DNA from: Chloroflexota bacterium
GTDB lineage: Bacteria > Chloroflexota > Anaerolineae > Anaerolineales > Anaerolineaceae
Direction of reading: 5' to 3'
NCBI GenBank assembly: GCA_012514645.1
Contig: JAAYZW010000107.1
Coordinates: 4,599-68,598, forward strand
DNA: 64,000 bases
The first letter of the stretch is position 1, and each line of letters begins with the position of its first letter. The notes under the pieces were generated by a model. The model was not told where the DNA came from. It saw only the letters and a program-made list of their open reading frames with translations, and ran no database searches. This document shows positions 29,753 through 39,139 of this stretch, one piece after another. The position numbers were made by a program, and so were the translations under genes.

Positions 29753-30555
29753 ACACGCCTCCTGGCGATATAAAAAGTACAGGTTCCCTCGTTATCGCGC
29801 GAATTCGCAACCAGCCGCGCGATTGAATCGAAATGAATAAATGGGTTCTTGCGGTTTTTGAAAAGCACCCATTTCCCGAACAATTTTTTCCAAAGCAGGT
29901 TGGGCAATCCAGCAGCGTGACCGCGCTCCAGTTTGTGCAGTGCTTCTACCGGGAAGTAATGCCAGTATTCCACCTGGTCGAATCCTGCCTGTTCAAGGCG
30001 CTTGAGCCATACCTCTGGGGGATCGAGATTCTTGTGCCGGGAGATCATATTAAAAAATCGCGAATAGAGCAGTGCCAGACGTTTCAAGCATATCCTCGCG
30101 AAAACCTCCATGCCCCACAAATCGGTTACGAAACGGCGATTAGGAACAGCAAAAAAGAATTTTCCGCCCGGTTTCAACACACGCGCGGCTTCGTTTAAAA
30201 CCGGTTGGACATCCTTAATGTGTTCGAGTACCGAGTTGCTGATCGCGCTGCCGCAGCTTGCTGTTTCAACCGGTACGCTTGCTCCCTCTGCCTGGACCAG
30301 CAGCGGGTAGACATTCCAGGTTTTCGCCTCCAAAAGTGGCTGCCACCAGGGGTCAACGCCAATCACTGCCTGACCCTCAAACAGTGCCCAGGCAAAATGC
30401 CCATCGCCGGCACCCAGATCATAAATCGGTTCTTCCAAAACCTGGGTCTCATAGAAACTCTGTTCCACCGCCCGCAGCATTCCACGGAAATAAGGCAAAT
30501 GGAAGAGCTGTTGTTCGCAAATGCGTTCAATGTCTTGTTTGGTTAGTTCAGTCAT
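29749..30555 (-). CDS. Class I SAM-dependent methyltransferase
   Basis: IYDLGAGDGHF (motif I), ISNSVLEHI and LKPGGKFFFAVPN. It overlaps the downstream gene by 4 nt. Confidence 0.75.
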   Translation of the reverse strand: MTELTKQDIERICEQQLFHLPYFRGMLRAVEQSFYETQVLEEPIYDLGAGDGHFAWALFEGQAVIGVDPWWQPLLEAKTWNVYPLLVQAEGASVPVETASCGSAISNSVLEHIKDVQPVLNEAARVLKPGGKFFFAVPNRRFVTDLWGMEVFARICLKRLALLYSRFFNMISRHKNLDPPEVWLKRLEQAGFDQVEYWHYFPVEALHKLERGHAAGLPNLLWKKLFGKWVLFKNRKNPFIHFDSIARLVANSRDNEGTCTFYIARRRV

Positions 30556-31702
30556 TATTCACCAGTAGAAAAAATGATTCTTCATAATGTCTGGCAACGG
30601 CGTTTTGAGAAAATTTTTCCAGAAACTCAGTCGGAACAAACCGAGCTTTCTCGCCCTGATTGAAGATCTCAAGAATCGCCTTCGAGATTGCTCCCGGATT
30701 TCTCAATGGCACAATTTTGCCAAGTCCGGTATTCTTAACCGGCTGCCTGACCCCCGGCAAATCAGAAGCAACCACCGGTGTGCCCTGGGTCATCGCTTCA
30801 ATTTGCACGATTCCATACGATTCGGTGGCATTCAAACTTGAAAACACCAGCACATCAATGGCAGCAAAAAAGGTCTCAAAATCTTCGTCGCTCAGGAAAC
30901 CAAGCGAGTGCCATTTCTCCCCAAAGGGTTGAATGAATTTCTCGACCTGATCCCGGTAAGCCCGTTCGCCAACAACACCATCCCAGGCACCGGCGTGCAC
31001 CACCCTGGCTTCGGGACACACCCCCAGAACAGTCGGCAGTGCTATTGCCAGGTATTCATAGCCTTTTTCAGAAGCCACTCTGCCTGCCAGCCCGATCACT
31101 TTATCGGTTTTTTGGATGCCATATTTTTTCCTGAAGGCTTCCACCCTGTCAGCAGACACGCTTTTGACTTTCACAGGAGTGGGCACCGCGATTACTTTCT
31201 CAAGATATTTACGCAAAATCGGTGAGTGTTCAGCGTAATCCAGCGAATTTTGCACAACAAGGTTGGCATCTTTGACCACTTGTTGACCAATAGTTGAGGT
31301 AACCATTCCTGCAAGGCGGTTTAGTAGTGAGCCGGTCATCACTAGGTCACAGTGGTAGGTCACCAACACGGGTTTGCCAAATCCCTGCGCGATTTTGCTC
31401 AGAAGCAAGCTCTCAAACTGTGGCAGGTGCAAATTGACCACGTCAGCCCAGGCGATCCACTGCCGGGCAATTTTATGCAACCGTGGCATCAGCACTCCCT
31501 TGGAGAGCCTGGTCGTCACAGGCACCCGCACGATCCTAAATCCGTCCTTAGTTTCCAGGCTTGGCAGCAATTTTTCGTATTGTGACGTCAGAACGACTAC
31601 TTCGTGCCCTCGCTCAGCCAACCCCTCTGCCAGCCGCAAGGCGTAGACCGAAAGACCGGAGCTATAGGGGTAAAAGTAGGTCGATGAGATTAGAACTCTC
31701 AT
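30548..31702 (-). CDS. Glycosyltransferase family 4 (GT-B, group 1)
   Basis: MRVLISSTYFYPYSSGLSVYALRLAEGLAERGHEVVVLTS N-terminus and ESYGIVQIEAMTQGTPVVASDLPG C-terminal motif. Confidence 0.8.
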   Translation of the reverse strand: MRVLISSTYFYPYSSGLSVYALRLAEGLAERGHEVVVLTSQYEKLLPSLETKDGFRIVRVPVTTRLSKGVLMPRLHKIARQWIAWADVVNLHLPQFESLLLSKIAQGFGKPVLVTYHCDLVMTGSLLNRLAGMVTSTIGQQVVKDANLVVQNSLDYAEHSPILRKYLEKVIAVPTPVKVKSVSADRVEAFRKKYGIQKTDKVIGLAGRVASEKGYEYLAIALPTVLGVCPEARVVHAGAWDGVVGERAYRDQVEKFIQPFGEKWHSLGFLSDEDFETFFAAIDVLVFSSLNATESYGIVQIEAMTQGTPVVASDLPGVRQPVKNTGLGKIVPLRNPGAISKAILEIFNQGEKARFVPTEFLEKFSQNAVARHYEESFFLLVNND

Positions 31703-32730
31703 GGGAGCTTCTCCTTCTTTTGACGGAATTGACTGGCTTTGCCAAGCAAGGCTTCCAGGCTCTGCCCAGATATGACCAACGCGATCACTCCCAGGATGGC
31801 TGGGATGATGATTTGAACGCTGTGAACCACCAGCGCCATGGCAAGTGCGGGAGCTTTGTCAATACCCACCAACGCGTAGGATCCGACCGCGCCGGCTTCG
31901 TAAACACCCAGCCCACCAGGAGCGGCAGGCAGCGCGTTCACAAAAGCACTGGCAGGAATCACAAGCATTGGCCACCACCATTGCGATTGTGGCAGGATGG
32001 TTTGCTGTAAAACCAGGTATTCGAGCATCGAAAACGACCAACTCACAGCTAACAGTACAAAAACCAGCACGAAGCGCTTCGGTTTGACAAAAAACTGAAA
32101 CCCACTCAATAGTTGATCGAAAGCTGGAAGCGCTCTGTCATGCAAAAATCCCGATCGTTTGAAACGAACCTGCAGCCACTCGACAACTTTGGATCGATTT
32201 TGTGACGCGTAGAAAATGAAAGCGAGTGAAAGCAATAAAACCAGCATACCGACCCAGGCGATTCGCCTGAGTGCATCGCTTTGGATAAATAGTAGTAACG
32301 ACACAATTAAGAAAGAAAACCCAACCAACAGGTCCAGCAACCGCTCCGCTACGATTGAAGCCATTGCTTCCATGTAACCAACATTGCCTTCACTTCTTTC
32401 GGTCAGAAAAGCGCCGCGACCAAACTCACCTAACCTAAGAGGGATGATTGTGTTGAGCAAATAGCCCAGGTTCATCCCCCAGAAAGTGTCCAGGAAACTG
32501 ATTTTCCCGCCCAGAATCATCCAGCAAACTAAGCTTCTGAGAAACAGCCCCGCAGAAAAAAATATGATGATTAAGCCGATCGACGCTATTGACAGCTGTT
32601 TGAAAGCGTCAATGAGCGATTGGAAATCCAGCTGCCGTAAAACCAGCCAGATTGCCAGTACGCTGATTAGCAAGGGTAATCCTATTTTGAGGATCCGGTT
32701 TAGCCCGGGTTTCGCCTCTGGTTGGGACAT
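31699..32730 (-). CDS. Flippase-like membrane protein (LPG_synthase_TM / UPF0104 family)
   Basis: 343 aa with about 8 TM segments. LLNTIIPLRLGEFGRGAFL is typical of UPF0104. The start overlaps the lepA stop (TAATG). Confidence 0.6.
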   Translation of the reverse strand: MSQPEAKPGLNRILKIGLPLLISVLAIWLVLRQLDFQSLIDAFKQLSIASIGLIIIFFSAGLFLRSLVCWMILGGKISFLDTFWGMNLGYLLNTIIPLRLGEFGRGAFLTERSEGNVGYMEAMASIVAERLLDLLVGFSFLIVSLLLFIQSDALRRIAWVGMLVLLLSLAFIFYASQNRSKVVEWLQVRFKRSGFLHDRALPAFDQLLSGFQFFVKPKRFVLVFVLLAVSWSFSMLEYLVLQQTILPQSQWWWPMLVIPASAFVNALPAAPGGLGVYEAGAVGSYALVGIDKAPALAMALVVHSVQIIIPAILGVIALVISGQSLEALLGKASQFRQKKEKLP

Positions 32731-34523
32731 TAATCCTCCAGGCGCAAGATAGCCATAAAAGCTTCCTGGGGAATCTGAACGCTGCCAACCATCTTCATGC
32801 GTTTCTTTCCCTTTTTTTGCTTTTCAAGCAGCTTTTTCTTGCGAGTAATGTCACCACCATAACACTTTGCCAACACATCTTTTCGCAAAGCTTTTACATT
32901 GGCGCGCGAAATCACCCTACCCTGCGCATAAGCCTGGATCGGGATCACGAACAATTGGCTGGGAATAATTCCTTTAAGCTTGCTTACCAGGGCTTGTCCC
33001 TTGTGAAAGGCATCTTGTTTATGAACAATCGCGGTGAGGGCATCGACCGGTTCTTCATTGAGCAATATCTGCAATTTCACCAACTCACCAGCGCGGTATT
33101 CAATGAATTTGTAATCCATCGAGGCATATCCGCGTGTGCTTGACTTAAGCAAGTCAAAGAAATCGACAATAATCTCTGAAAGCGGAATTTCGAAATTTAG
33201 CTGAACCCGGTTGGCAGCCGGGTAATCCTGGTCGACATAGATTCCCCGCCGACGTTTGACCAGGTCCATCACTACCCCATAATAATCCGTGGGTGTGAAG
33301 ATCTCCAGTTGCATCCAGGGTTCATAGATATCTACAATCTCACCTTCATCCGGCAAATCTGCCGGTGAATCGATAATGATCGTTCTTCCATCTTTGAGAT
33401 CGACTTTGTATTCCACCGAAGGCGCGGTAAAAACGACATCAAGATCATATTCGCGCTCCAGGCGTTCCTGGATAATTTCCATATGGAACAGCCCTAAAAA
33501 GCCGCAGCGGAAACCAAAATTTAGCGCTTCGGAAGACTCAGGCTCGTAAGTGAGTGAGGCATCGTTAAGTTGCAGTTTCTCGAGCGCTTCCTTGAGATCA
33601 CTGTAATCTTCACCGTCCACAGGGTAGACACCGGCAAAGACCATCGGTTTCGCTTTTTGGTAGCCAGGTAGTGGCTTCTCGGCTGGTTTGGTGGCGTGGG
33701 TAACGGTATCGCCAACCCGGCAATCGTGCACGGTTTTCAAACCAGTAGCGATGTAGCCTACATCTCCGGCTTCCAATGAAGCAACCCGCTTCATTCCCGG
33801 AGAAAAGACCCCGATTTCGATCGGTTCGAACTTTGAACCGGTTGCCATCATCAGCACTTTTTCGTTACCGCTCAGCTTGCCATCAAAAACACGCACATAA
33901 GCGATTACTCCCTTGTAGGAATCGTAGTGAGAATCAAACACCAGTGCGCGGAGCGGTCTTTCTTTATCTGTTTCCGGCGGGGGAACCCGTTCGGCAATCG
34001 CTTGCAATACTGATTCGACGTTTTGACCAGTCTTGGCGCTGATTGCGATAATTTCGCTTTTGTCAACCCCCAGCAGCTGCACCAGGTCGTTGGTTACTTC
34101 TTCAACCATCGCTGATTGCAGGTCAACCTTGTTAAGCACAGGGATAATCACCAGGTTGGCTTCCAGTGCCAGAAAAAGATTCGCGAGGGTTTGTGCCTCA
34201 ATGCCCTGGGTAGCATCAATCACCAGAACCGCCCCTTCACAAGCGTAGAGCGCGCGGCTGACTTCATAGCTGAAATCGACATGCCCAGGAGTGTCGATCA
34301 GATTAAATTCATATTCCTTACCCGAAGGGTCGTTGAAAACCATGCGCACAGCAGAGGCTTTGATCGTAACGCCTTTTTCTCTTTCGAGGTCCATCGAGTC
34401 GAGCACCTGCTCAGTCATCTCACGGTCAGAGATTGTGCCGGTTAGCTGCAACATGCGGTCAGCCAGGGTCGACTTTCCGTGATCCACGTGGGCGATAATG
34501 CAAAAATTTCGTATGTTTTCCAT
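32730..34523 (-). CDS. lepA: Translation elongation factor 4 (LepA)
   Basis: [32 protein letters not shown] and the LepA C-terminal block. I prefer the ATG at 34523 (MENIRNF), which gives 597 aa, over the 34625 extension. Confidence 0.92.
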   Translation of the reverse strand: MENIRNFCIIAHVDHGKSTLADRMLQLTGTISDREMTEQVLDSMDLEREKGVTIKASAVRMVFNDPSGKEYEFNLIDTPGHVDFSYEVSRALYACEGAVLVIDATQGIEAQTLANLFLALEANLVIIPVLNKVDLQSAMVEEVTNDLVQLLGVDKSEIIAISAKTGQNVESVLQAIAERVPPPETDKERPLRALVFDSHYDSYKGVIAYVRVFDGKLSGNEKVLMMATGSKFEPIEIGVFSPGMKRVASLEAGDVGYIATGLKTVHDCRVGDTVTHATKPAEKPLPGYQKAKPMVFAGVYPVDGEDYSDLKEALEKLQLNDASLTYEPESSEALNFGFRCGFLGLFHMEIIQERLEREYDLDVVFTAPSVEYKVDLKDGRTIIIDSPADLPDEGEIVDIYEPWMQLEIFTPTDYYGVVMDLVKRRRGIYVDQDYPAANRVQLNFEIPLSEIIVDFFDLLKSSTRGYASMDYKFIEYRAGELVKLQILLNEEPVDALTAIVHKQDAFHKGQALVSKLKGIIPSQLFVIPIQAYAQGRVISRANVKALRKDVLAKCYGGDITRKKKLLEKQKKGKKRMKMVGSVQIPQEAFMAILRLED

Positions 34524-34715
34524 AAGTTGTTCAGTATAGCTTATTATACCGTCAACCGGCGAACGAAATTCGGTTGTGTACTGACAAAGGGTGTCACTAA
34601 CGAACGAAGGATAGCACTCAATCAATCATCACGGGATTTCCAGCATGATGAATTGCACAACCATTCCCTCTGCACAACTACTATTTCCAACCAGCCTTTA
34701 TGATAAGATAACGAT

Positions 34716-35588
34716 ATGCTTAAAGTGTGGATCGAAACCCTGCGTCCACGACAGTGGACCAAAAACGCGGTTATTTTTGCCGCTTTGATCTTTGATGGTC
34801 AGTTTCTGCAACCTATGCCTTTTCTACGTGTCGCAGCCGCCGCGCTCTTGTTTTGCCTGGTATCAGGCGTTACCTATACCATAAACGATCTGCTCGACAT
34901 TGAAGCCGACAAACTGCACCCAACCAAGCGTAACCGTCCAATCGCCTCGGGCAGGCTTGGCAAAAATCAGGCGATCATCTGGGTGGTCTTACTATCAACC
35001 ATCTCCCTGGTTGGTGGTTACCTGCTTTCCCCCTACCTGGCGCTTATCTACCTCGCTTACAGCATTTTGATGCTGCTTTATTCCAAATGGCTGAAGAAAA
35101 TCATAATTCTCGATGTCATGATCATCGCCTCCGGTTTTTTACTTCGTGTCATGGCAGGGCTGACGGTGATCAACGTTGCTTATTTTTCGCCGTGGCTATT
35201 CGTGCTAACAACCTTACTGGCGATGTACCTGGCGTTCGGCAAACGCCTGGCAGAATTGAAGCTGTTGGAAGAAGACGCTGGCACCCACCGCAAATCGCTG
35301 GAAGAATACACAATCCCGCTCTTAAACCAATATATACTGATTGTGCTGGGTGCCATCCTGATCACCTACACACTCTACACCTTTTCAGCCCGCCCAGAAC
35401 AACCCAGTTATGCGATGATGTTGACCATCCCTTTTGTGGTTTATGGCATTTTCCGCTACCTTTACCTGATTCAAAGTGGTTTGATGACTTCCTCACCGGA
35501 AGAAGTACTGATAAAAGACCGCCCTTTGCAGGTGGCAATTTTGCTGTGGGGGTTGGCAGTCGGAATTATCATCTATATCATGTTTTGA
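34716..35588 (+). CDS. UbiA-family prenyltransferase, decaprenyl-phosphate phosphoribosyltransferase (DPPR synthase)-like
   Basis: 290 aa with about 8-9 TM segments. NDLLDIEADKLHPTKRNRPIASG matches my recollection of the Rv3806c-type motif (NDxxDxxxD...HPTKRxRPxAxG) rather than the UbiA/MenA-type RTxxRP motif. Confidence 0.65.
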   Translation: MLKVWIETLRPRQWTKNAVIFAALIFDGQFLQPMPFLRVAAAALLFCLVSGVTYTINDLLDIEADKLHPTKRNRPIASGRLGKNQAIIWVVLLSTISLVGGYLLSPYLALIYLAYSILMLLYSKWLKKIIILDVMIIASGFLLRVMAGLTVINVAYFSPWLFVLTTLLAMYLAFGKRLAELKLLEEDAGTHRKSLEEYTIPLLNQYILIVLGAILITYTLYTFSARPEQPSYAMMLTIPFVVYGIFRYLYLIQSGLMTSSPEEVLIKDRPLQVAILLWGLAVGIIIYIMF

Positions 35589-35595
35589 GGTCGAT

Positions 35596-36546
35596 ATGCC
35601 TGCAATGAACCAATCAGCCTGTGGAAAAGCGATCCTCCTGGGTGAGCATGCCGTCGTACACGGTGAAGGGGCAATTGCCATTCCGCTCTCAAACAAACGC
35701 GTTAAGGTGCACGTTGAGCCAAAAATCCTCGCGCCAGATAGCAAAATTCACGTCATCGCCCCAGATCTGGACATCAACCAGGAGCTGTCTGACCTGCCAA
35801 AGCAAAACCCTATTTTTCAGGCGGTGCGGTTGACGCTTAGCGAGCTGAACATCACCCAAACACCCAGCTGTAAGCTCCTGGTCACATCGACATTGGCGTT
35901 CAGCTCCGGGTTGGGCTCCAGTGCCGCACTGGCAGTCGCCACTACAAAAGCACTCTCAGAATTTCTTGGACATCCTCTACCGGTTGAAACTGTGAACCGT
36001 ATCGCCTATGAATGCGAAACTTACATCCACGGCAACCCGTCCGGGATCGACAACACCGTGGTTTCATATGAAAAACCGCTTTATTTCCAGAAAAGCCAGG
36101 GATTCGAGTTCCTCCATCCAGGAGGGACGTTCAATTTCGTTCTGGCTGACAGCGGCACCAGCAAATCGACACAGGAATCCGTGGCGAGTGTGGCGCAGCA
36201 ACTGGTTGAGCGTCCAATGGAAGGTCAGGCAATACTAACTCAAATTGGACAGGTTGTTGAACAGGGCAAACAAGCCTTCCTGGATGGAGACACAAAAACG
36301 CTCGCGATTGCCATGAACCACAATCAGCAGCTCCTGGCAGCACTTGAACTTTCCAGCCCGGGGCTTGACCAATTAATCAAGACTGCTCGCGAAGCTGGCG
36401 CACTGGCTGCCAAGCTGACCGGAGGAGGCAGAGGCGGACACATGCTCGCGCTGGTTGAAGACAGTAAATTGCCGCTGGTTTACGAATCTTTACAACAAGC
36501 TTCTTCAGACAGGGCTTTTATCGCAATAGTAAGGAATCAGGGCTAA
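35596..36546 (+). CDS. mvk: Mevalonate kinase
   Basis: GHMP kinase motifs: CGKAILLGEHAVVHG, SGLGSSAALAVA and KLTGGGRGGH. Length is 316 aa. Confidence 0.8.
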   Translation: MPAMNQSACGKAILLGEHAVVHGEGAIAIPLSNKRVKVHVEPKILAPDSKIHVIAPDLDINQELSDLPKQNPIFQAVRLTLSELNITQTPSCKLLVTSTLAFSSGLGSSAALAVATTKALSEFLGHPLPVETVNRIAYECETYIHGNPSGIDNTVVSYEKPLYFQKSQGFEFLHPGGTFNFVLADSGTSKSTQESVASVAQQLVERPMEGQAILTQIGQVVEQGKQAFLDGDTKTLAIAMNHNQQLLAALELSSPGLDQLIKTAREAGALAAKLTGGGRGGHMLALVEDSKLPLVYESLQQASSDRAFIAIVRNQG

Positions 36547-36549
36547 TCT

Positions 36550-37341
36550 ATGAGAAAAAATTTAATCTTTCTCAAACTTGGCGGCTCGTTGATCACCGAC
36601 AAAGCCAACACCGAAACCGCACTACCAGAAGTCATCCTCGCTTTGCTGAGCGACCTTGCGCGTTTTCTTGAGCAAAACCCTGATACAAAGATTTTACTCG
36701 GCCACGGTTCCGGCTCTTTTGGTCACCACGCAGCCGCAAAATTTAATACGCGTCTCGGCGTCAACACAACCGAAGACTGGCTCGGTTTTCGCCAGGTCTG
36801 GGAAAGCGCGAGGAGACTCAACCAAATTGTGCTTGATATTGGCAGGTTAGCTGGATTGGCGCTTATGGCTTTCCCGCCTTCAGCCAGCTTGCTTTCCAGT
36901 CACGGGCAAGTCGTGGAATGGAACACCAAGCCTTTGGCGAGCGCCCTCGATAACAGACTGATTCCGGTAATCTATGGTGATGTGGTTTTCGACCAGGCGC
37001 TTGGCGGCACAATTTTTTCCACGGAGGAGCTATTTTCTTACCTGGCTAATGAACTAAGACCCTCCCGCATCTTACTTGTCGGCAAAGAGCCGGCGGTTTT
37101 TTCGGACTTCCCCACCAACCTGGAGCCAATCGCTCACATTTCCCGCAGCGCTGACCTGGAACGATACCTTCAACCCTCGCAAGATCAAGATGTAACCGGT
37201 GGTATGCGCTCCAAGGTTGCCCACATGCAAAGTATTTGTCAGTCCACGCCAGGCTTGTCTGTCGAAATCTTCCGTGCCAGTCAGCCCGGAGAGCTTTTTG
37301 AAGCACTGTCTGGTCATCATTCAGGTACAATCATTTCGTAA
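36550..37341 (+). CDS. Isopentenyl phosphate kinase (amino-acid-kinase fold)
   Basis: IFLKLGGSLITDK and LGHGSGSFGHH motifs. It is 263 aa and starts 3 nt after mvk. Confidence 0.75.
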   Translation: MRKNLIFLKLGGSLITDKANTETALPEVILALLSDLARFLEQNPDTKILLGHGSGSFGHHAAAKFNTRLGVNTTEDWLGFRQVWESARRLNQIVLDIGRLAGLALMAFPPSASLLSSHGQVVEWNTKPLASALDNRLIPVIYGDVVFDQALGGTIFSTEELFSYLANELRPSRILLVGKEPAVFSDFPTNLEPIAHISRSADLERYLQPSQDQDVTGGMRSKVAHMQSICQSTPGLSVEIFRASQPGELFEALSGHHSGTIIS

Positions 37342-37422
37342 CAGGTCACTTCATCGATTGCCAAAAACCAGAGTTTTTGGTTTTCAATGCTATTTGGACT
37401 ATACTTTATATTTAGAGATAAC

Positions 37423-38577
37423 ATGATTTATACAAGACAACAATTAGAGGAATTCGAAGCGCAGCAGCTGGCATCCTATGCCATCCACAGCAAAAACTCC
37501 AAAGGGCGCAAATATCCGGAGGAAGAAGCCGACCTGCGCACACGGTTTCAGCGTGACCGCGAGCGGGTGATCCACACCACCGCCTTTCGCCGGCTGGAAT
37601 ACAAAACCCAGGTTTTTATCAACCACGAAGGCGATTATTATCGCACCCGCCTGACACACACGCTCGAAGTCGCGCAAATTGGGCGTTCGGTTGCCCGCTC
37701 GCTCGGTGTTAATGAAGACCTGACCGAAACAATTTGCCTGGCGCATGATCTTGGTCATCCTCCTTTTGGGCATTCGGGCGAGACCGCGCTTGCCAAACTG
37801 ATGAGCGAGCACGGCGGCTTTAATCATAACCATCATACCCTCCGCATTGTTACTTTCCTCGAAAGTCGTTACCCTGATTTTCCGGGGTTGAATTTAAGCT
37901 GGGAGGTGCTGGAAGGTATCGTTAAACACGAGACTGAATACGATCGCTCTGATGTCCAGGATTATGACCCCGAATTGCGCGGGCACCTCGAGGCGCAGAT
38001 CGCAAATGTTGCTGATGAACTCGCCTATACAGCCCACGATCTGGATGATGGCTTACGTTCCGGCATGATCACGCCCTCACAGCTTGATGGCATTGCCCTC
38101 TGGGAGATTATCAACGAAAGTATTGGTCGCCGCCGCACAGATGCGCTTGACGACCTCTCGCGCCATCAGATCATCCGCAGGCTGATCAACTTTGAGATCA
38201 CCGACCTGGTACAATCGATTGACCGTTATCTGCGCAAAAGCAATGTCAAAACTGCCCTCGAACTGCAAAAACTGCCTTATAACGTGGTTGGTTTCAGTGA
38301 AGATATGTATCGCCGAAACCGTGAATTGAAAGATTTTTTGTTTAACAATTTATATCGCCACCACCGTGTCGTCCGTATGGCGAGTAAGTCAGAACAGATC
38401 ATGTCGCGCATCTTTGCTGCATACCAAAAGACACCAGGCACCCTGCCTCTGCAGGTCCAAAGCCTGATCCCCGAACGCGGAGTTGAACGTGCCGTCTGCG
38501 ATTACATCGCCGGCATGACCGATCGTTTCGCCATCGATGAGTATCAACGTTTGTTTGATGTAACAGTATTACCTTAG
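37423..38577 (+). CDS. dGTP triphosphohydrolase-like HD-domain protein
   Basis: RTRLTHTLEVAQIGRS and AHDLGHPPFGHSGE (HD motif) plus the C-terminal DYIAGMTDRFA. The ATG at 37423 is preferred. Confidence 0.85.
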   Translation: MIYTRQQLEEFEAQQLASYAIHSKNSKGRKYPEEEADLRTRFQRDRERVIHTTAFRRLEYKTQVFINHEGDYYRTRLTHTLEVAQIGRSVARSLGVNEDLTETICLAHDLGHPPFGHSGETALAKLMSEHGGFNHNHHTLRIVTFLESRYPDFPGLNLSWEVLEGIVKHETEYDRSDVQDYDPELRGHLEAQIANVADELAYTAHDLDDGLRSGMITPSQLDGIALWEIINESIGRRRTDALDDLSRHQIIRRLINFEITDLVQSIDRYLRKSNVKTALELQKLPYNVVGFSEDMYRRNRELKDFLFNNLYRHHRVVRMASKSEQIMSRIFAAYQKTPGTLPLQVQSLIPERGVERAVCDYIAGMTDRFAIDEYQRLFDVTVLP

Positions 38578-38586
38578 AGAAAGAAT

Positions 38587-39057
38587 ATGAACCAACCATT
38601 AATTATCACGCCGGCTGGCAAAGCCCAGTTGCAAAAAGAACTCGAAGAACTCACCGGACCCCGCAGAGAAGAAATCTCCAAACGCCTGAAACACGCTATC
38701 GAGATGGGAGACCTCTCTGAAAACGCCGACTATAAAGCCGCAAAAGAAGATCAGGGTTTCCTGGAAGGGCGCATTCAAGAAATCGAAGCGCTTCTCTCAA
38801 AAGCGGAGGTGATTGAAGAGAACATTTTGACCAGCGAAATAGTTCAAATAGGTAGCAGTGTCACCATTCAGGAGGAAGGCGAACCGGAAGAAACCTGGAC
38901 AGTGGTTGGCGCCAGTGAAGCCGACCTAAGAGAGCAAAAATTATCTTACCTCTCACCGATTGGTGCCGCGTTAATCGATAAAAAAGTCGGAGATATCGCC
39001 GAAGTAACCCTTCCGAGTGGCTTGAACATTTATTATAAAGTGCTCAAAATCGAATAG
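38587..39057 (+). CDS. greA: Transcription elongation factor GreA
   Basis: 156 aa. GDLSENADYKAAKEDQGFLEGRI coiled-coil tip motif and a C-terminal FKBP-like domain. Confidence 0.9.
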   Translation: MNQPLIITPAGKAQLQKELEELTGPRREEISKRLKHAIEMGDLSENADYKAAKEDQGFLEGRIQEIEALLSKAEVIEENILTSEIVQIGSSVTIQEEGEPEETWTVVGASEADLREQKLSYLSPIGAALIDKKVGDIAEVTLPSGLNIYYKVLKIE

Positions 39058-39086
39058 GCGCTGGTTAACAACTGATAGCCCTTAGC

Positions 39087-39119
39087 AAAAAAAGAGCCGG
39101 TGATCGTTTCAACCGGCTC
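39087..39119 (-). terminator. Intrinsic terminator between convergent greA and the 39140 gene
   Basis: GAGCCGGT/ACCGGCTC forms an 8-bp stem with a 10-nt loop (39094..39119). A run of 7 A on the plus strand gives a U-tract on the minus-strand transcript. Confidence 0.65.
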
Positions 39120-39139
39120 AATAAGTTGAAATCTGATCT

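Noticed and set aside
35087-35608. 173-aa plus-strand ORF overlapping the 3' half of the UbiA-family gene in another frame
   Set aside because: The overlapping frame encodes coherent TM helices and continues the UbiA fold. The alternate frame is Arg/Gly/Pro-rich and lacks motifs.
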